This document shows positions 25,813 to 32,000 of a stretch of 32,000 bases of DNA, in pieces. The first letter of the stretch is position 1; the number at the start of each line of letters is the position of its first letter. The notes beneath the pieces were generated by a model, which was not told where the DNA came from, ran no database searches, and saw nothing but the letters and a program-made list of their open reading frames with translations. The position numbers and the translations under genes are program-made. Source of the DNA: Candidatus Methanoperedens sp. GTDB taxonomy: Archaea; Halobacteriota; Methanosarcinia; Methanosarcinales; Methanoperedenaceae. The DNA is taken from assembly GCA_041494705.1 (NCBI GenBank), contig JBGQBI010000003.1:210001-242000 (forward strand), in the 5' to 3' direction.

Positions 25813-25926
25813 GAGGGGTTATGATGATGAGGGGATTTATATCCGGTGAAAATATGTCTAAAACCAATTAACTAAACCGTTACGTTTATATTTCACTTAT
25901 TCAATGGTAGGCAAAAGGTGACTTAA

Positions 25927-26103
25927 ATGGCAGCAAAAGTAAAAACTGAAGAATGTACAGGCTGTGGAATATGCGTCGATGAATGCCCTGCAACTGCAAT
26001 CGAGCTCAAGAACGACAAGGCAAAAATAGATGAGGCAGAATGCACCGAATGCGGCACATGTGTGGATTCATGCCCGAACAGCGCAATCACGATGGAAGAA
26101 TAA
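25927..26103 (+). CDS. 2x[4Fe-4S] ferredoxin (58 aa)
   Basis: My translation is MAAKVKTEECTGCGICVDECPATAIELKNDKAKIDEAECTECGTCVDSCPNSAITMEE*, with two CxxCxxCxxxCP motifs. SD AGGTGA lies 6 nt upstream. It is below the ORF-track size cutoff, and the tracked minus-strand ORF 25923-26132 is its antisense shadow. Confidence 0.85.
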   Translation: MAAKVKTEECTGCGICVDECPATAIELKNDKAKIDEAECTECGTCVDSCPNSAITMEE

Positions 26104-26153
26104 AATAATCTAAGTTGAAATATAAAAAACAATAAAACATTATAAGGACGGCT

Positions 26154-27182
26154 ATGGCAAAAATAAAGGCAGGGGTACTTGGCGCGACAGGCAATGTTGG
26201 TCAGCGATTCATAGAGTTACTAAGCAAACACCCATGGTTTGAATTGACATCACTTGCAGCCTCGGACAGGAGCGCTGGCAAAAAATATAGCGAAGCTGCG
26301 AGCTGGAGGCTTGAAAGTAAAATACCAGAAGACGCGGCTGACCTGACCGTTGTTCCTGTTGACCCGAAAAAAGTGGATGCAGACATAGTTTTCTCAGCCC
26401 TTCCTGCCGACCTTGCCAAAACAGTGGAACCGGAGTTTGCAAAAGCCGGTTTTGCCGTAGCGAGTAATGCAAGCGCGCTTCGCATGGTGAAAGACATACC
26501 GCTTGTCATCCCTGAAGTGAACCCGGAGCACCTTGGTCTTATCGATATCCAGCAAGATAAGCGCAAATGGGATGGCTATGTGGTCACAAATCCAAACTGT
26601 ACCACTATTATGATGGCTGTGACACTGAAACCGCTTATGAAGTTCGGGATTGAGAAAATCTACATAGCTTCCATGCAGGCGATATCGGGCGCAGGATATG
26701 ACGGTGTTCCCTCGATGGCTATCCTTGATAACGTGATTCCTTATATCGGCCAGGAAGAGGAAAAAGTGGAGACTGAGACCAGAAAACTGCTCGGTGAATT
26801 TAACGGTAGCGAGGTAATTGATGCGTCTTTCAAGGTGAGCGCAAGCTGTAATCGCGTTATGGTAATGGACGGCCACACAGAGGCTGTCTGGGTTGAAATG
26901 TCAGATAATCCTTCGATAGATGAGGTTAAACAGGCTTTCCTTGATTTTGACCCTGGACTTTCGGATTTACCCACAGAACCCACCCCCGTAATCGAGGTCA
27001 AGGAAGAAAAAGACCGACCCCAGCCGCGCATGGACAGGAACATTGGCGGCGGCATGACGGTATCAGTAGGGCGCATCCGCCCGGGGATACGATACATCTG
27101 CATGGGGCACAACACAATCAGGGGCGCGGCAGGCGCAAGCGTGCTGAATGCAGAGCTTTTGAAAAAGATGGGGAAATTATAA
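26154..27182 (+). CDS. asd: Aspartate-semialdehyde dehydrogenase (archaeal type)
   Basis: 342 aa with [10 protein letters not shown] (NADP binding), the active-site NPNCTTI, and [10 protein letters not shown]. Confidence 0.93.
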   Translation: MAKIKAGVLGATGNVGQRFIELLSKHPWFELTSLAASDRSAGKKYSEAASWRLESKIPEDAADLTVVPVDPKKVDADIVFSALPADLAKTVEPEFAKAGFAVASNASALRMVKDIPLVIPEVNPEHLGLIDIQQDKRKWDGYVVTNPNCTTIMMAVTLKPLMKFGIEKIYIASMQAISGAGYDGVPSMAILDNVIPYIGQEEEKVETETRKLLGEFNGSEVIDASFKVSASCNRVMVMDGHTEAVWVEMSDNPSIDEVKQAFLDFDPGLSDLPTEPTPVIEVKEEKDRPQPRMDRNIGGGMTVSVGRIRPGIRYICMGHNTIRGAAGASVLNAELLKKMGKL

Positions 27183-27196
27183 TTTTTTTTAAAGTC

Positions 27197-28804
27197 TTAA
27201 TGCAGGAAGTGCCTCATTCCTGTAAACACTAACGACACGCCCAGCCTGTTCGCAGCAGCAATAACTTCCTTATCCCTTATCGAACCACCGGGCGATACAA
27301 TGTACCTGATATGATTCTCTGCCGAGTGAATGATGCTATCATCGAACGGGAAGAAAGCATCTGATGCAAGTACGCACTCACTCAGGATATTTCTGGCGAA
27401 CTCATCTTCGCTAATATCCGGTTTTTCCCTTTCATACAGGAACTTCAGGTTCTCCCGGGCTTTTGTGGCGGCGAGTTTCCGTATCGAATCCACCCTGTTT
27501 GGCTGCCCTGCGCCTATTGAAAGTATCTGGTAAAATCCCGTTTCATACTCCCATGCAATGACCACAGCATTTGATTTTGTATATTTGCATGCATTTAATG
27601 CAAACTCAGCCAGCCCTCTTTTATCCTCAGGGAAGGGATGCTGTGTAACCACATCCCATTTTGCATACAGTCCCCGGTTTCGCGACTGGACAAGCATGCC
27701 GCCAACGATATAATGATATGTATTCTCAAGCGGCTCCCCATTATCCATGGGCAGTTCGAGAATCCGGAGGTCTTTGCTCTTGTTCTTCAAAAATAGAAGC
27801 GCATCCTCATCGTATCCCGGAGCGATTATCAATTCCACGAACTTTCCCTTCAGGAATTCCAGGGCTTCAATGTCGGGTTTTCGCGTCATGCAGATTATGC
27901 TGCCAAATGATGACACGGGGTCGCCGTCCCACGCCTTTGACAGGGCTTCCAGAAGTGTCCTGCCGGTTGCGAATCCGCAGGGGTTGCTGTGTTTTACAAC
28001 AGCCACGGCGATGTTGTCCCTGTATTCAAGGACCACGTTCAATGCAGCCTCGGCATCCACATAATTATTATACGACAGGGCTTTTCCGTGAAGCTGTTTT
28101 GCGTTTGCGACAGAAGGTTCGGTAACACCCGGTTCCTTGTAGAATTTAGCGTTCTGGTGCCAGTTCTCCCCGTACCGCAGCGTTCTTCCTTCCACAAATT
28201 TCAGGCGCAGTATATCTTCATTCGTAAGCCTGCCGCTCAGGTATGTGTCAATCGCGCAGTCATAATCGGCTATCCTGCGAAACGCTTTGACTGCGAGGCG
28301 CTCTTTCGTATTCCGGCTGATTGCCCCGTTTTTAAGTTCAGCAAGTATTCCTGGATAATCTTCCGGGTCGGTTATTACAGCCACATGCCTGTAATTTTTT
28401 GCAGCAGCCCTGACAAGTGCAGGACCGCCGATATCTATATTTTCAATGGCTTCTTCAAGGCTCCCGCCTCGGGCGACCGTCTTTTCAAAAGGATAAAGGT
28501 TGACCGTAACAATATCGATGAACTCGATGCCATGTTTTTCCGCTTCTTTTACGTGTGCCGGATTATCCCGCAGTGCGAGAATGGCGCCATGTATTTTCGG
28601 ATGGAGCGTCTTTACCCTGCCTTCCATCATCTCGGGGAATCCCGTAATCTCCGAGACATCCCTCACTTTTATGCCTGCGTTTTTCAAAACCCCGGAGGTC
28701 CCGCCTGTTGAAATTATCTCAAAACCAAGATGAACAAGTCCTGTTGCAAAATCAATTATTCCGGTTTTATCAGAAACGCTTATTAAAGCTTTCTTGGGCA
28801 GAAT
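27197..28804 (-). CDS. purH: Bifunctional AICAR transformylase / IMP cyclohydrolase
   Basis: GRVKTLHPKIHGAIL, GGPALVRAAAKN and the C-terminal MRHFLH are present. The tracked ORF starts at TTG 28687. The conserved MGS-like N-terminus (LPKKALISVSDKTGIIDFATGLVHLGFEIISTGGTSGVL) is encoded in frame upstream as far as a TAA at 28805-28807. The only candidate start codons there are ATT (28804) and CTG (28801), preceded by GGTGAT. Confidence 0.85.
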   Translation of the reverse strand: MLPKKALISVSDKTGIIDFATGLVHLGFEIISTGGTSGVLKNAGIKVRDVSEITGFPEMMEGRVKTLHPKIHGAILALRDNPAHVKEAEKHGIEFIDIVTVNLYPFEKTVARGGSLEEAIENIDIGGPALVRAAAKNYRHVAVITDPEDYPGILAELKNGAISRNTKERLAVKAFRRIADYDCAIDTYLSGRLTNEDILRLKFVEGRTLRYGENWHQNAKFYKEPGVTEPSVANAKQLHGKALSYNNYVDAEAALNVVLEYRDNIAVAVVKHSNPCGFATGRTLLEALSKAWDGDPVSSFGSIICMTRKPDIEALEFLKGKFVELIIAPGYDEDALLFLKNKSKDLRILELPMDNGEPLENTYHYIVGGMLVQSRNRGLYAKWDVVTQHPFPEDKRGLAEFALNACKYTKSNAVVIAWEYETGFYQILSIGAGQPNRVDSIRKLAATKARENLKFLYEREKPDISEDEFARNILSECVLASDAFFPFDDSIIHSAENHIRYIVSPGGSIRDKEVIAAANRLGVSLVFTGMRHFLH

Positions 28805-28875
28805 TTATCACCTTATCTGAATAGAAAAAGGAAGTTATAAGTTTTTCTCATGTTGGCAACAGAGTGGACGTAACA

Positions 28876-28901
28876 ACGAACCAATACGAACTCGTACGAA
28901 C
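28876..28901. promoter_or_regulatory. Three ACGAAC words at exact 10-bp spacing upstream of purH
   Basis: ACGAAC occurs at 28876-28881, 28886-28891 and 28896-28901 (AACGAACCAATACGAACTCGTACGAACTAAT). These lie 72-97 nt upstream of the inferred purH start. A TATA-like TTATAA lies at about 28826-28836. Confidence 0.4.
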
Positions 28902-28920
28902 TAATCACAAAAAATCATGA

Positions 28921-29667
28921 TTAAATTCTCTTAACAAAATACGTTTTTTGTTCTCCCGGCTTCATTGACATCACTTCAATAAGAGCACTACCATCACGTT
29001 CAACTATTGTACTTTGGATAGGCATATTATTTTCATAAATAATAATCCGTTGATTCTTCCAGGCATCATATATTGTAGTATTAAAGATTTCATTTGCATC
29101 ACGAACCAATGTATATTTTCTCATGGCATTCTTAATTTCATAATCACTGTTTTTAACAAGCAAATAAAATGAGTCATTTGAATTAGGAAATGTTGGTCTC
29201 ATATTTACTGGAACCCAATCTGATTCAAAATATTTCTCAACATAAACTACACGAAGCAAGATTGGATTTGTTTTATTAGGGTTTTTTACAATTACTGTTT
29301 TTACGTCAGATGGTGGTATATAGAAATCAAACTTATACCCTCTAGTATCATAGATACTGTAAAACCCTCCTTTGACGTCGGTGAGCATTGTTATAGAAGC
29401 TGTATCAGGAGTCAATATTTTAGGTAACTCAACCGAATATTCAACATCATGAACCAAATCCCAACCACTGTCGATATAAGTTTTTGAACTTATTGGGCTA
29501 ATGCGCGGTTCTAATAATGGATAATTAGGATAATCGGCATAAATTATACTCAAGCCCACAATAGCGATAATTAAGCTTAAAAGAGCAGCCAAGCCAGAAA
29601 ATCCAGGATGCGATAAAAATTTAACTATCTTTTTAGATATTTCCCGAATTCTTTTTATGGTTTCCAT
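28921..29667 (-). CDS. Membrane-anchored hypothetical protein (AT-rich gene)
   Basis: 248 aa with one N-terminal TM segment (FSGLAALLSLIIAIVGLSIIY) and a beta-rich extracytoplasmic part rich in Y/N/K/I. I recognise no family. It is visibly more AT-rich than the flanking purH and ade. Confidence 0.55.
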   Translation of the reverse strand: METIKRIREISKKIVKFLSHPGFSGLAALLSLIIAIVGLSIIYADYPNYPLLEPRISPISSKTYIDSGWDLVHDVEYSVELPKILTPDTASITMLTDVKGGFYSIYDTRGYKFDFYIPPSDVKTVIVKNPNKTNPILLRVVYVEKYFESDWVPVNMRPTFPNSNDSFYLLVKNSDYEIKNAMRKYTLVRDANEIFNTTIYDAWKNQRIIIYENNMPIQSTIVERDGSALIEVMSMKPGEQKTYFVKRI

Positions 29668-29803
29668 ATACCTGCTTCCTTTGAGAACAACTGCATTTTA
29701 TTTAACCATATATTTTATGGTATAATATATAATAAGAGCCTTTGAAATCTCTCTCTTTTTTTAATCTGAACTATTGTCATTTATTCATTATGGGCTGAAT
29801 TCA

Positions 29804-31525
29804 TCATCTTTGTATCGGTTCGATTATTTTAAACGCATCCACATCGACAAGCCCTTTATCTGTTATCTTGAGGGACGGGATAACGGGGAGCGACAGGAAC
29901 GACATCTGGATAAAAGGCGCATCAAGTTTGCACCCCATCTTTTTGACCGTGTGGTGAAGCTCTTTCAGTTTCTTATCCACATCGTATGCGCTTTCTGTGC
30001 TGAGAATACCTGCAAAAGGAAGATGAAGGTAGTCTATCACGCCGTCTTTTGCAAGCACTATGCCCCCCTGCAATTCCCGGAGCTTGTTCGCGCAGAGCGC
30101 CATGTCTTCAAAATTCGTGCCCGCAAGGATGACATTATGCGAGTCATGGGCAATACTCTGCCCTATCGCGCCTTCTTTCAGGTTAAAGCCCCTTACAAAT
30201 CCCCTGCCAAGGTTTCCCGACTTGCCGTGCCTTTCTATCACAGCGATGGCAAGAATGTCGCGCTCTATGTCAGGCATAACGGTCTCTCTGTCGGTTTTTA
30301 ATTCCCCGATACTCCTGTTTGTAATAAGCTGACCCGGCACGAGCTCAATGATATGGGCAAAAATCGTCTTTTTCCTAGATTTGAGCTTCAGGTCGTCCGG
30401 TTCTATTTTTTTATATTTCACTGTCCTGAAGACATAACCGGGGTATTCGATTCCCTCTATTTTTGGTTTCATCCTGCCGCGTACCATCACATTTTTTATC
30501 TCAAACTTATGCAGGTCATCAAGTATTACAAGGTTTGCCCGCCTGCCGATGCTTATCGAGCCCACGAGCTGGTCTATCCTGTAATGGCGCGCCGTGTTGA
30601 TGGAAGCCATGGAAATCGCCTGAAGCGGGTCCAATCCAAGTTTGATTGCAGCCCTGACTATGACGTCCATGTGCCCTTTTATGAGGTCGGCAGGATGTTT
30701 GTCGTCTGTAACGAAGAAAAAGTTTTCAAGCGAGATACTATCGCGAATCAATCCCGGGATAAATTCCTGAAGGCTTTTTGCAGCCGAACCTTCGCGTATC
30801 ATGACCTTCATGCCAAGGCGCGCCTTTTCAAGCGCCTCATCGTATGTTATGGATTCGTGGTCGCTTGAGATGCCGGCGCTCATGTACCCGAACAATTCCT
30901 TACCACGGACGCCGGGACAGTGACCGTCCACAACGAGTTTTCTTTCAAGGGCGGCGGCAATCATCGCAAGTTTTTCAGGATTCCCGCGAAGGATTCCGGG
31001 GTAATCCATTACCTCCCCAAGCCCGACAACGAATTTCTTATCAAGGAATTTTTTAATCTCCAGAAGACCCAGTTTTGCCCCCGATGTTTCAAGAGGGCTG
31101 GAGGGCACGCATGACGAAAGCGTAATAAAAACATCGATAGGCAGCCTTTTTGCCTCCTGCATGACAAGCTTGATACCTTTTATGCCCAGGATATTTGCAA
31201 TCTCATGCGGGTCGATGACGATTCCCGTTGTCCCGTGGAGGATGGATTGTTTTGCAAATTGTGTAAGCGTCACCATGCTTGACTCAAAATGCACATGCCC
31301 GTCGATTAAGCCGGGGCATACAAAGGCATTTTTTAAATCAAGTATCTCTGTTTTCCCGCCAGTCAGCCCATCCACATCGCCTATACCGGAGATGAAACCT
31401 GAGCTTATTGCTATATCGCCTTTTATAATCTCTTTTGTGTTTACGTTTACAATCCTGCAGTTTTTAAGTACGGTGTCAGCCTTAAGCTTGCCTTCCCCCG
31501 CGAAAACCCTCTCTCTCAAGAACAT
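29804..31525 (-). CDS. ade: Adenine deaminase
   Basis: 573 aa in the amidohydrolase superfamily, with CPGLIDGHVHFESS (HxH), DGHCPG and SDHES. Its length and layout are typical of Ade. It ends in a double stop, TGATGA. Confidence 0.88.
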   Translation of the reverse strand: MFLRERVFAGEGKLKADTVLKNCRIVNVNTKEIIKGDIAISSGFISGIGDVDGLTGGKTEILDLKNAFVCPGLIDGHVHFESSMVTLTQFAKQSILHGTTGIVIDPHEIANILGIKGIKLVMQEAKRLPIDVFITLSSCVPSSPLETSGAKLGLLEIKKFLDKKFVVGLGEVMDYPGILRGNPEKLAMIAAALERKLVVDGHCPGVRGKELFGYMSAGISSDHESITYDEALEKARLGMKVMIREGSAAKSLQEFIPGLIRDSISLENFFFVTDDKHPADLIKGHMDVIVRAAIKLGLDPLQAISMASINTARHYRIDQLVGSISIGRRANLVILDDLHKFEIKNVMVRGRMKPKIEGIEYPGYVFRTVKYKKIEPDDLKLKSRKKTIFAHIIELVPGQLITNRSIGELKTDRETVMPDIERDILAIAVIERHGKSGNLGRGFVRGFNLKEGAIGQSIAHDSHNVILAGTNFEDMALCANKLRELQGGIVLAKDGVIDYLHLPFAGILSTESAYDVDKKLKELHHTVKKMGCKLDAPFIQMSFLSLPVIPSLKITDKGLVDVDAFKIIEPIQR

Positions 31526-31626
31526 AATATTGTATTGTCCTCTATTACTAAAAAAGTTCGCTGCTTGACCTGTGATCCCAGTCGAATCAGGAAAGAATAT
31601 GTATTACAATAAACCATCTACAATAC

Positions 31627-32000
31627 ATGGAAAAACCCGGGGACAAATTCAAATGCTACCTTGTAAGCTGGAAAGAGTCTTACAGGCTGGCAAAAGTCCT
31701 GGCGCGTAAGATTAAAAGTTCTGGGTTCAAGCCTGACCTTGTAATAGGTATAGCAAGAGGAGGACTTGTCCCGGCGCGTGTTGTTTGTGACTTTCTTCTC
31801 CAGAAAGACCTTGCCGCAGTAAAAATCGAACACTGGGGAATTGCGGCAACGCTCGGAAAAGCCAGGATAAAGTTCCCTCTTCCTGTGGATATATCAGGAA
31901 AAAATGTATTGATAGTGGACGATGTGGTAGATACCGGGGATACATATGCCGTGCTTATGGATTATTTGAAGGAAAAGAATCCTTCGGAGGTAAGGACTGG
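31627..32000 (+). CDS. hpt: Purine phosphoribosyltransferase (archaeal hypoxanthine/guanine PRTase-like), 3'-truncated by window end
   Basis: My translation is MEKPGDKFKCYLVSWKESYRLAKVLARKIKSSGFKPDLVIGIARGGLVPARVV...GKNVLIVDDVVDTGDTY..., which includes the PRPP-binding motif VLIVDDVVDTGDT. It is not in the track because there is no stop in the window. Confidence 0.8.
   Translation, partial: MEKPGDKFKCYLVSWKESYRLAKVLARKIKSSGFKPDLVIGIARGGLVPARVVCDFLLQKDLAAVKIEHWGIAATLGKARIKFPLPVDISGKNVLIVDDVVDTGDTYAVLMDYLKEKNPSEVRT

Noticed and set aside
25923-26132. 69-aa minus-strand ORF from the track
   Set aside because: The opposite strand encodes a canonical dicluster ferredoxin with an SD. The minus-strand product is a hydrophobic/His-rich shadow.

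Overview
The gene content indicates an archaeal chromosomal segment, probably euryarchaeal and Methanosarcinales/ANME-like, but no database search was possible. Supporting genes are a thermosome, Cbf5, a DUF106/YidC-like insertase, an archaeal-type purine PRTase, an NrpR-like domain protein and a bacterial-type grpE-dnaK-dnaJ operon. Most of the window is housekeeping. It holds the adk / DUF106 / cmk / cbf5 block, tRNA-Ser(GGA), a chaperone cluster, hemB, an acyl-CoA synthetase and a circularly permuted GTPase. It also holds hisH, an aminotransferase, a small 2x[4Fe-4S] ferredoxin missing from the ORF track, asd, and a purine block (purH, ade, hpt). Several small accessory or odd regions sit between these genes. 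(1) A tyrosine recombinase gene is bracketed by two 44-bp direct repeats with palindromic TCCCAT-N6-ATGGGA cores. (2) A 0.9-kb non-coding stretch next to the tRNA is full of back-to-back duplicated 7-10-mers. (3) A translationally coupled three-gene toxin-antitoxin-like cassette is flanked by GC-rich, hairpin-capable direct repeats exactly 1125 bp apart. (4) An AT-rich islet (about 21.7-22.65 kb) carries a minus-strand string of small ORFs, one interrupted by an in-frame TAG. (5) An AT-rich membrane-anchored ORF is inserted in the purine block, next to three 10-bp-phased ACGAAC repeats upstream of purH. purH itself appears to need a non-ATG/GTG/TTG start. No CRISPR array, rRNA gene or recognisable transposase was seen. 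The best candidates for something undescribed are the repeat-flanked three-gene cassette and the repeat-bracketed recombinase. Neither can be confirmed without genome-wide and homology searches.
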